Shown here piece by piece: positions 1 through 7,009 of a stretch of 11,922 bases of DNA (its first letter is position 1; each line of letters starts with the position of its first letter). Location of the stretch: the NCBI GenBank assembly GCA_040235515.1, contig JBECKX010000137.1, forward strand, positions 1-11,922. Direction: 5' to 3'. The position numbers and the translations under genes are program-made. This DNA comes from Candidatus Zixiibacteriota bacterium (GTDB lineage Bacteria > Zixibacteria > MSB-5A5 > CAIYYT01). Below the pieces are notes generated by a model. It was not told where the DNA came from. It saw only the letters and a list, made by a program, of their open reading frames with translations, and did not search any database.

Positions 1-81
1 GTCGCCGACAAGCGACAGTGTGATTATCGATACCAGGATAACCAGAAATGACTTAGTAAGTATGGTAGCTATTTTCCGCAT
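1..81 (-). CDS. N-terminus of an exported or membrane protein (partial, runs off the left edge)
   Basis: Manual translation from the ATG at 81 gives MRKIATILTKSFLVILVSIITLSLVGD..., a basic n-region plus hydrophobic h-region typical of a signal peptide, open to the edge. A purine-rich SD-like GGAAAGGAAA lies just upstream. Not in the ORF track. Confidence 0.7.
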   Translation of the reverse strand, partial: MRKIATILTKSFLVILVSIITLSLVGD

Positions 82-222
82 TACCGATCTGTTTCCTTTC
101 CAATCACAGTTATCTTGATTTCAAGTAGTATACAAAAATCGTGTCGAATGGAACCCAACTATTCAGCGAATTTGCGATACTCCCGTTGCGGTGCGCAGAC
201 CCCGCTTTCCTCTCAAGGTCGT

Positions 223-2475
223 TTACAGACATTCGGAACAGGGTACCGGCCCACCGCCGAAAATATAATTAATGATATAGACTACATCCGTGACGGTAAC
301 GATGCCATCGCAATTGGTGTCGCCCGATGAGATCGGTTTCGGCGGAGAACCGCCGCCGAAAATGTAATTGATGATATAGACGGCATCCGTGATCGCTACC
401 GAGCCGGAGGCATCCGCATCTCCACAGATAGGTGGTGGCAATTTGACCTTTATGCTGACGCTGATGATATCACTTTTCTGGTCCACGCCTGAATCGGTGC
501 AACCGAAAGTAAAGTAGTAGGTTGCCGCGAAGTTACAGATACCGGTAATTGTCCCGACCCCGCCACCGTTGAATGTCATCCCGAAGGGCAAATCCCCGCC
601 GAGGAAAGTCCAGGTGTACGGGGGCACACCCCCGACGGCCTCGAGCGTAGCGGAATAGTTTTGTCCCTGAATCGCATCAGCAAAGTAATAGTTCTGGATA
701 TGTAGTTCGCCATCGCAGGCATCCCCTACCCCATCACCATCTTCGTCATACTGCGTCGGGTTAGGTGTATTCACGCAGTTATCGCAAAGATCGCCGTACA
801 GGTCGTTGTCAGCGTCTGCCTGGTCGGGATTGACCTTCAGGTCGCAATTATCGTCGACATCAGCGACACCGTCGTTATCGTCGTCAGGATCACAGGCATC
901 ACCGATATTGTCCAGATCGTAATCATTCTGATCGGGGTTTTCGACAGCGAGGCAATTGTCGCAGTCGTCGAAGATGCCATCATTGTCGGTGTCGACGGCG
1001 CCTGCGGCATAGCGGCAGACTTGAGCGGCGGCTTTCTTGAGGTCGATTGCCGGCCCGATCGAGCTTCCCCCTTCCGGCCAGTTTCCTGTATCAACCAACA
1101 ACTCCCGCATTTCCAACGGTGTCAGCACGCGACCGATCGTCGCCAACGCATAGGATTGCAGAGCTGTCACGCACGCAGCGGAAATAGCGGAAGCAGAACT
1201 CGTACCGCTGAAGCCATCGGTGTATTTCTGATTAACATCGCCTCCGAGTTGAGAATGATCACCGTAGCCGGTGCTGAAGACCCGCTGCCCCCAGGCTTGA
1301 ACATTGACGCGGCTACCATAGGTACTGAACGAGAGACGCGTATGCGCCAGCGTATTCGATCCGGCACCGATGATGATAGATTTGCTGTCGCCCCGGTTCA
1401 TGTATGACTCGAGCGGTGGTGAATCGAGATCGACCGAGCCATTCCCGGCGGCGGCCACGACGATCACACCGGCATCGCCACCATTTTTCACGACCGTCCA
1501 GACGCTTGGATTATATTCGGCCGGTACATAGTTACCGGACGGCCCGCCGGTTTGCATCTCAAGCAACACGACATCACCCGGATCTGAATCTGCTATCGCA
1601 TTTGCGATGCAGGTAACGCGACGGCTCCCCTCTTCGACCGAGATCTCCGGGTAGAAGTTGGCGGATTCGGCATCAACGGCGATACCGAGACAGCCATAGC
1701 CGTTATCTGGTGAACAGGCGATACCAAGTACCGAGGTGCCGTGATCATCCCCGAACGGAGAATCGGGCGTCTGTCCCGCTTCTATCACAATCGGAATGTC
1801 GACGAGGTCCTCGTGTGCCGTGTTGGTGGCATATTCGCAGTCGGAATAACGGATTCCGCTCCCCTTGCCGCCGCGCGCCCAGAGGTAGTCGACGCTGAAC
1901 CCAGGATCGTAGTCGCGATAATCTTGTTCCACCTGATAATCTGGAGTCGGGGGTGAAATGTCGACAGGTGGAGGAGGGTACAACTCCTGGAGATAGACAA
2001 ATTCAACTTCGTCGAGCGCGTCAAGCTGCCGGGCCAGTTGAATCAGTTCTTCCGTTGTTGCGGCGGGTGCATCGACGCGCATCAAACCGCGCAGGTCTGG
2101 TTGGGCAATGCCCGAACGCGCCGCGGCTCGCGTTTCGAGGTGTTCGATTTTTCCGTCGGGAAGCTGAAGCAGCTGTGTGAATGTAAACTGGCCGCGACCG
2201 AAGGCGACAGGCAGGTTGAGCTTCGTCCCCTGCTGAAGTGACATAACGCTGCCATCTGCAGTGGCGCGCGCCTTGATATCGTCTTTGAATTTGACCTGAA
2301 GCTGGTACTCTGTTCCAGGCTGCGCGAGAATAGGTGGCGATTTCACCGGTTCACGTGCCGTCAGAGGTTGACTGGAGGCGACCAATTGACCGGCCGGTGT
2401 CAGAGCAGGGACAATGGCAGTCAGGAGAGCAGTCGAGGCAGCAAGGAAGAGGATTCGCCGGGCTATGCCTTTCAT
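223..2475 (-). CDS. Secreted S8 family (subtilisin-like) serine peptidase with propeptide, thrombospondin type-3-like repeats, Ig-like domain and C-terminal dockerin-like domain, 750 aa
   Basis: Signal peptide MKGIARRILFLAASTALLTAIVPALTPA. Catalytic motifs in S8 order: Asp in RYSDCE (1840-1842), His in DDHGTSVLG (1741-1743), oxyanion Asn in AAAGNG, Ser in FSGTSSAS (1198-1200). Followed by DxDxDGxxDxCDNC repeats, a GGVPPYTW Ig-like domain and duplicated dockerin-like Ca-loop/helix repeats. SD-like CAGGTG upstream. Confidence 0.93.
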   Translation of the reverse strand: MKGIARRILFLAASTALLTAIVPALTPAGQLVASSQPLTAREPVKSPPILAQPGTEYQLQVKFKDDIKARATADGSVMSLQQGTKLNLPVAFGRGQFTFTQLLQLPDGKIEHLETRAAARSGIAQPDLRGLMRVDAPAATTEELIQLARQLDALDEVEFVYLQELYPPPPVDISPPTPDYQVEQDYRDYDPGFSVDYLWARGGKGSGIRYSDCEYATNTAHEDLVDIPIVIEAGQTPDSPFGDDHGTSVLGIACSPDNGYGCLGIAVDAESANFYPEISVEEGSRRVTCIANAIADSDPGDVVLLEMQTGGPSGNYVPAEYNPSVWTVVKNGGDAGVIVVAAAGNGSVDLDSPPLESYMNRGDSKSIIIGAGSNTLAHTRLSFSTYGSRVNVQAWGQRVFSTGYGDHSQLGGDVNQKYTDGFSGTSSASAISAACVTALQSYALATIGRVLTPLEMRELLVDTGNWPEGGSSIGPAIDLKKAAAQVCRYAAGAVDTDNDGIFDDCDNCLAVENPDQNDYDLDNIGDACDPDDDNDGVADVDDNCDLKVNPDQADADNDLYGDLCDNCVNTPNPTQYDEDGDGVGDACDGELHIQNYYFADAIQGQNYSATLEAVGGVPPYTWTFLGGDLPFGMTFNGGGVGTITGICNFAATYYFTFGCTDSGVDQKSDIISVSIKVKLPPPICGDADASGSVAITDAVYIINYIFGGGSPPKPISSGDTNCDGIVTVTDVVYIINYIFGGGPVPCSECL
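226..426 (-). other. Dockerin type I-like domain of the S8 peptidase, ending in CSECL
   Basis: Two repeats, GDADASGSVAITDAVYIINYIFGGG and GDTNCDGIVTVTDVVYIINYIFGGG, each a 12-residue Ca-binding loop followed by an amphipathic helix. Confidence 0.88.
251..392. repeat. Intragenic direct repeat (251-293 versus 350-392) encoding the two dockerin helices
   Basis: ccaccgccgaaaatataattaatgatatagactacatccgtga versus ccgccgccgaaaatgtaattgatgatatagacggcatccgtga: 5 mismatches in 43 nt, offset 99 nt (33 codons). Confidence 0.85.
712..993 (-). repeat. Five thrombospondin type-3-like Asp-rich Ca-binding repeats within the S8 peptidase
   Basis: DTDNDGIFDDCDNC, DYDLDNIGDACD, DDDNDGVADVDDNC, DADNDLYGDLCDNC and DEDGDGVGDACD, with NPDQ/NPTQ linkers. 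Confidence 0.88.
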
Positions 2476-2600
2476 TTGTACACCTGCTTCATTAGGATTG
2501 TGGCTAAGTTGGCAATAGCCAGCTCGGCAGAGACTGGTCGGTTGATGCCAAAACTAGTGCCGGAATTCCGGGATGTGGTACTGAATTCCTTAATAGGTCC

Positions 2601-2629
2601 AAGATACCGAGAGGGGTGGAATCTGTCAA
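2601..2629 (-). promoter_or_regulatory. Sigma70-type promoter for the S8 peptidase gene
   Basis: Minus strand reads TTGACA (2629-2624), 17-nt spacer, TATCTT (2606-2601). This implies a 5' UTR of about 120 nt. Confidence 0.7.
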
Positions 2630-2677
2630 GCAGAACGGCTGCGGCCAGATCGCTTCAAGCTGTTAACTGATTGAGAG

Positions 2678-3436
2678 TTATGAGTTAAGGCTATGAATCA
2701 ACCGCAGGCCGTCGAGGGTGATGTTGGGTAGAATCTCATCAATGAGCCGGGAGGCGGACGCGATCGATTTGGCCAGTCCTCCGGTGGCGATGACGCGCGG
2801 ACGACGGTCGAAGGCGGTGATGATTTTTGCGAGGATGTAATCGGTCTGGCCGACGGCGCCATGGAAGAACCCACTCTGGAGCGCTTCGGTGGTAGATTTC
2901 CCGATTACGGAATGTGGTGCGAGAAAGGGTACGTGGAACAATTGGGCGGCGCGTTGCGCCAGGGCGGCGTGGGCAGCTTCAATGCCCGGAGCGAGCACTC
3001 CACCGATGTAAGCGCCCTCGGCAGATACGATATCGAAGTTGGTGGCCGTGCCGAAGTCGACGACAATCGCCGGTCCTTTGACCAGATCAAAAGCGGCGGC
3101 GGCGTTACAGATTCTATCAGCGCCAACTTCGCTCGGTTTGGGGTAGTCGAAACTGATATTGAGCTTGAGTTCGTAATTGACGAGCAGCGGTTCAAGATTG
3201 AACGATTCCCTGCCCGCACGCACGAGCAGCGGCGTCAGTCGGGGGACGACACTGGCGATGATCAGACTGTCCGCGGTCGGGAGCTGTTTGAAAGTGGTAA
3301 ACTGATGCACCGCGAGCGTGATTTCATCGGAAGTTCTGAGATTATCGGTTGCAACGCGGAGCGTGGCTTTCAGTTCGGAACCAGCATAGAAACCGAAGAC
3401 TGTGTTGGTGTTTCCCGCATCGATTGCCAGGAGCAT
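2678..3436 (-). CDS. coaX: Type III pantothenate kinase
   Basis: Family motifs LAIDAGNT, VGADR, VVDFGTATNFD, GGVLAPG, IGKSTTEALQSG, VIATGG and TLDGL; 252 aa; SD AAAGGA upstream. Confidence 0.96.
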   Translation of the reverse strand: MLLAIDAGNTNTVFGFYAGSELKATLRVATDNLRTSDEITLAVHQFTTFKQLPTADSLIIASVVPRLTPLLVRAGRESFNLEPLLVNYELKLNISFDYPKPSEVGADRICNAAAAFDLVKGPAIVVDFGTATNFDIVSAEGAYIGGVLAPGIEAAHAALAQRAAQLFHVPFLAPHSVIGKSTTEALQSGFFHGAVGQTDYILAKIITAFDRRPRVIATGGLAKSIASASRLIDEILPNITLDGLRLIHSLNS

Positions 3437-3480
3437 AAGCGTTCCTTTCGAGTCAGGCGAATCAGGAGAATCATAGTCGT

Positions 3481-3504
3481 CTGACCGATCTCTGTATCAG
3501 TCAG
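3481..3504 (-). promoter_or_regulatory. Stem-loop in the predicted coaX 5' leader
   Basis: Minus-strand RNA CUGACUGAU-acagag-AUCGGUCAG forms a 9-bp stem with one U-G pair and a 6-nt loop, just after the predicted transcription start. Confidence 0.45.
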
Positions 3505-3512
3505 GGAGGAAT

Positions 3513-3540
3513 AATATAGCAGCGGAGCGCGCAATCGCAA
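3513..3540 (-). promoter_or_regulatory. Sigma70-type promoter for coaX
   Basis: TTGCGA (3540-3535), 16-nt spacer, TATATT (3518-3513), with an extended -10 TGc. Confidence 0.5.
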
Positions 3541-3566
3541 CGGCTCTCTGCCAACTTTGAAATGAC

Positions 3567-3595
3567 TTGGCATCATTCGGGCATTGTGTTACCAT
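3567..3595 (+). promoter_or_regulatory. Sigma70-type promoter for the lipoprotein gene (leaderless geometry)
   Basis: TTGGCA (3567-3572), 17-nt spacer, TACCAT (3590-3595), with an extended -10 TGt. The ATG follows 6 nt later at 3602. Confidence 0.55.
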
Positions 3596-3601
3596 ATCGC
3601 C

Positions 3602-4702
3602 ATGTTTGGTAAGAAGCGGCACTTTGTTCAGCTGTTGGCACTGGCGTTTCTGGTGGCCCCGATAGTTTTCTTCCTCCTAAATTCATGCGGCGAAAAGAGT
3701 AAGCGTCCGTTCGACCCTGCCGGCGGGGAAGTGACCCGTAATCTGCAGCTTGAACAAAGTATGCTTGCGCCATTCGAGATCAAGGTGGACTCCGACTACA
3801 AATTCTACTACATGGAAGACCACCTAGTCTTCCTCAGCGGCAAGGATCAGCCAAACAGATTTGCATCGGTTCATCTGGGTCGGGGGTTGCAGGACAATAA
3901 GTATGTGCGCGCCGAGCGGGACTTCTCAGGTTTCTACTTCGATGGCTCCAGCATGGCTGGTCTGCCCTACACGAAAGAGAAGCATGACTCGACGAGCCTG
4001 GATTCAAGTTATCCCTACTATACTTTTGGTGGGTTGACCTGGAAGGAAGCTTACCGGTCGGGCCTTTTCAGCTACGACCGGCGCGGAGTGACATTTGAAA
4101 TCGAGTTTTCAGGCCTGCGACCGGTGCAGTATCTCGCAGACGAGGATTGGCGACTGCGGGTCAACGCGATCGGGGAGGGCAAGCTGATAGCGACAAGCGA
4201 TTCGGTCAGCGACACCGTAGCGGGATTCGTCTACTATGAGTTGATTCAGCTTGAGGGTTACAATCCGATCGCGGGCGTGAAGAGCGGTGTAGGGAATGTT
4301 AACTATGACTGGATTGCCCTGCTAACCGACTCTGAGGAGCAAGTGGTGGTTTCGACAGACTCGATGGCTGCGGGAAACATATTGATGAAAAACTTCTGTG
4401 CAGCCGAACGCGGTGATTCGATCTGGTTTGCCGAGGGGAGCGATAATGTCGACATGATTTCCAGCGATGTGTTCCGCGATCGCAAGATCCATGAGTGGTT
4501 GGCGAACAAAAAGCGCCTCGTGGTTGAAGGGCTGGACCTGAGTATCGACCTTGCTCTGACTGATACCAGGGTGTTCTATACCAATGGATATGCCATCTCA
4601 TATATTGAGGGGAGCATGGTGGCCGGCGGTGACAGTGTTGGAGTTCGCGGTGTGCTGGAACACCGACAACAGCCGGGTACTACGTCGGAGGCGATCAAGT
4701 AA
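3602..4702 (+). CDS. Uncharacterised lipoprotein, beta-rich, possibly AttH-like / tandem lipocalin fold, 366 aa
   Basis: MFGKKRHFVQLLALAFLVAPIVFFLLNS-C is a signal peptide with lipobox LNSC. Start moved from the track's 3584 to the ATG at 3602 on promoter geometry. The fold guess rests on GFVYYE...NYDWIALLTD and the C-terminal YIEG...RGVLEH. Confidence 0.8.
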   Translation: MFGKKRHFVQLLALAFLVAPIVFFLLNSCGEKSKRPFDPAGGEVTRNLQLEQSMLAPFEIKVDSDYKFYYMEDHLVFLSGKDQPNRFASVHLGRGLQDNKYVRAERDFSGFYFDGSSMAGLPYTKEKHDSTSLDSSYPYYTFGGLTWKEAYRSGLFSYDRRGVTFEIEFSGLRPVQYLADEDWRLRVNAIGEGKLIATSDSVSDTVAGFVYYELIQLEGYNPIAGVKSGVGNVNYDWIALLTDSEEQVVVSTDSMAAGNILMKNFCAAERGDSIWFAEGSDNVDMISSDVFRDRKIHEWLANKKRLVVEGLDLSIDLALTDTRVFYTNGYAISYIEGSMVAGGDSVGVRGVLEHRQQPGTTSEAIK

Positions 4703-4790
4703 CGGGTAACACCATTGATATGCTCCTGAGGATACGCGATAACAGACAGGTCACACGATTCACTTAACATAGCTGGAAGAAGAGTTTCTG

Positions 4791-5291
4791 ATGGTAGAGA
4801 TCGACGATACGACAGCGGCCCTGCTGGAGGACGCCGCGAAGCTGTGGTTGGCGCATGATGGCCTCTGGTTCCAGGCTGTCGAGAAGCGGTATGGAATGGA
4901 GAAGGCGATCGAACTCGACAAGGAGGCCTGGGAGACTTTCACGGTTCTCGAGGCCAAGCGGATCATGGCGCGACACGGGATTGCAGTCGGGGGTGGCCTG
5001 GATGCGCTGAAGCAGGCGTTGCAGCACCGACTCTATGCACACATTAATGAGCAGGAGATAATTGACGAAACTGCGACCAGCTTCGTCTTTCGGATGACAG
5101 ATTGTCGTGTGCAGTCGGCGCGCGAGCGGAAGGGGCTGGATCCCTTCCCCTGTAAGGAGGTTGGCATCGTGGAGTACTCGCTGTTTGCGAAGACGATCGA
5201 TGCTCGCATCAAGACCACCTGTATGGGATGTCCACCCGATCGAAAACAGCCGGGCTTCTGGTGTTCGTGGAAGTTCGAGATTGGCCAGTAG
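4791..5291 (+). CDS. DUF6125-like protein (Cys-rich, V4R/H-NOX-like small-molecule-binding fold), 166 aa
   Basis: Recognisable family pattern WLAHDGLWFQAVEKRYGMEKAIELD...CRVQSARERKGL..FPCKEVG..EY..FA..ID...C..CPPD......CSWKF. No signal peptide. Family assignment is from memory of the motif, not from a search. Confidence 0.82.
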   Translation: MVEIDDTTAALLEDAAKLWLAHDGLWFQAVEKRYGMEKAIELDKEAWETFTVLEAKRIMARHGIAVGGGLDALKQALQHRLYAHINEQEIIDETATSFVFRMTDCRVQSARERKGLDPFPCKEVGIVEYSLFAKTIDARIKTTCMGCPPDRKQPGFWCSWKFEIGQ

Positions 5292-5334
5292 GGAAGAAAT
5301 TGCCGGATCTGCAGGAGGATGCACAAAGAGGTAT

Positions 5335-6990
5335 ATGATAACTGACTTTCTTAGATACGATTCTCGTTCGCTGTGCCGGATTGGAGTTGTGCTGCTGCTC
5401 CCGGCCCTGTTAAGTCTCGTGGCGGTATTGCAGCTTGGTTGTTCCGGCGCGGTCGAGGGTGACCTGCTGGAACGACCTGACATTTTTGCAGAAACGCTGA
5501 GGAAGATACCAGACCAGCAACAACGAGATTTTTTCCTGAAATGGTACACGGTAATGAAGATTGTGGAACCGCAGGATAATCCTCTCTTCGCGACTATCAG
5601 CCAGATCGATGCCACCGAACATGCCGCAAAGGCGGACAGCCTGTTCCGGTTCTGGTGGCGGCAAAAGGATTTGCAGTACCGGCCAGACACCCCCGACTCG
5701 AACGAATGGTTGGCGACGATGCGCGAACGCATGGAGTACTGTGATTCCGAGTACCGCACCGGTGACCGATATCGCTACTGGAATGATATGCGCGCCCAGG
5801 CAGTGATACTTCACGGCCCACCGGAACAGATTACAACATCGGAGAATGAGTGCTGGGACCGATTCCAGGGTTTTTATCCGGGTAATTGCGAGATTTACTA
5901 CCTGGAATGGGATAAGGGTACGGTGCGCCTCGGATTCCTGGACAACGATGGTGATGGCTACACCGACCGTTTGGTACCGACGCCGGAGGATATACCACTC
6001 ACCGGAGCCCGCAGTGATCCATACAGCACGGCGCAACAACGTCTGATCCAGCTTGAGATGGAGGTTTACCATAACCCGGATGAAAAGGTGAATCTCTTCA
6101 AGGGGGTCACGCGCGAGTTGAAACCGACGCTGACGCTGGCGACATTCCCTGATCATGATGGCAAGTACTCGGTGTGGGCATCGGCAGGTATCTCCTCCGA
6201 TCAACTGGAGAACGGTGGGAGCAGCCATGTACAGTTCTGGTCACGCGAAGTTGTGTATCGCAATCCCGATTACAATCCGGAAGTGGCGTGGCTGGACAGC
6301 ACGATTGCAGTATTCGAGAGTACAGATATCGGCGGTGGAGCGCTCTATCCCTACTATCGCGGTTGCCGACTGCCGCAGGGAAACTACCAGTACATCCTGA
6401 GTATCTATACGAACGACGGCGCACTGGGGATCATTACTCATGATTTCAGGCTACCCCCGGAGACAGCCTCCGATGGCGCTAGTGATGTGTTGCTGCTGCT
6501 GTCTCCGCCGCAGGTAACCGATGACCACTATGGACGCATTGCCCGCGACACGTTATCACTGCGGGGCAACAGCTATCCGGTGTATCATCCGGACGACACG
6601 CTGCAGTTTTATGTTGAGTTGAACTTCGATCAACAGAAGTTCGTGCGTGACGCCAATGGCAAACTTCAGTATCGCGTCTATGCCACCCTGCTCCCGGTTG
6701 CCAGGAGCCGCGTGCGGGAGCTGGTCCGCCAGCAGCAGCCGTATGTACTGAGTGACTCGACTAATTCAGAAGAGATTCAGAGATTGATCAGGGAGAGGCG
6801 TGATCCTACCGAGGATGGAACTTTGATTTACAGCAATGCCCGATCAAGCGAGCGAGGGTCGCTGGACCTCTATGACCGTGCGGTGATCCCCAACCTGCTG
6901 CATGGTCGCTACTATGTCGTGTTGCGAGTAGACGATGTATTGAGTCCGGCATCGATCATTGCGATTCGCGAGATATATATCAGAACTTAA
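5335..6990 (+). CDS. Lipoprotein with a degenerate GWxTD domain and C-terminal beta-sandwich domains, 551 aa
   Basis: Start set at the ATG at 5335 (AAGAGG just upstream), because the track's 5107 start overlaps the previous gene. Hydrophobic stretch ends in QLG-C. FWWRQKD...PDTPDSNEW...RERMEYCD..Y......YWNDMRAQAVILHGPP matches the GWxTD layout FW..D..P.T..NE....R...A...F...GWxTDRG..YI.YG.P. The C-terminal SDVLL...LQFYVEL...GRYYVVLRVDD parallels the 9432 protein. Confidence 0.8.
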   Translation: MITDFLRYDSRSLCRIGVVLLLPALLSLVAVLQLGCSGAVEGDLLERPDIFAETLRKIPDQQQRDFFLKWYTVMKIVEPQDNPLFATISQIDATEHAAKADSLFRFWWRQKDLQYRPDTPDSNEWLATMRERMEYCDSEYRTGDRYRYWNDMRAQAVILHGPPEQITTSENECWDRFQGFYPGNCEIYYLEWDKGTVRLGFLDNDGDGYTDRLVPTPEDIPLTGARSDPYSTAQQRLIQLEMEVYHNPDEKVNLFKGVTRELKPTLTLATFPDHDGKYSVWASAGISSDQLENGGSSHVQFWSREVVYRNPDYNPEVAWLDSTIAVFESTDIGGGALYPYYRGCRLPQGNYQYILSIYTNDGALGIITHDFRLPPETASDGASDVLLLLSPPQVTDDHYGRIARDTLSLRGNSYPVYHPDDTLQFYVELNFDQQKFVRDANGKLQYRVYATLLPVARSRVRELVRQQQPYVLSDSTNSEEIQRLIRERRDPTEDGTLIYSNARSSERGSLDLYDRAVIPNLLHGRYYVVLRVDDVLSPASIIAIREIYIRT

Positions 6991-7009
6991 CTCGGATCGC
7001 CTGAGCTCT

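Noticed and set aside
114..125. Short palindrome CTTGA-TT-TCAAG upstream of the left-edge gene
   Set aside because: The 5-bp arms are expected by chance in AT-rich intergenic DNA, and no second copy was found.
251..392. Near-identical repeat pair with mostly A/G differences, superficially like a diversity-generating retroelement TR/VR
   Set aside because: Both copies are in-frame halves of one dockerin, the differences are mainly synonymous third positions, and there is no reverse transcriptase in the window.
712..993. Periodic gtc/atc-rich DNA that might suggest a CRISPR or tandem array
   Set aside because: Explained by Asp-rich TSP3-like protein repeats; there are no identical repeats with unique spacers.
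2440..2475. Possible twin-arginine (Tat) signal in the S8 peptidase (ARRILFL)
   Set aside because: The residue after RR is hydrophobic and the register does not fit S/T-R-R-x-F-L; a Sec signal is more likely.
5107..5334. 76-aa N-terminal extension of the GWxTD-like protein given by the ORF track
   Set aside because: It overlaps the DUF6125-like gene and would bury the signal peptide; the ATG at 5335 is more plausible.
4764..5759. 331-aa minus-strand ORF
   Set aside because: It is antisense to two well-supported genes and has no recognisable motifs, so it is a shadow ORF.
6991..7009. Possible bidirectional terminator between the convergent GWxTD and M1 genes
   Set aside because: Only a 5-bp stem (ctcgg/ctgag) with no U-tract, which is too weak to call.
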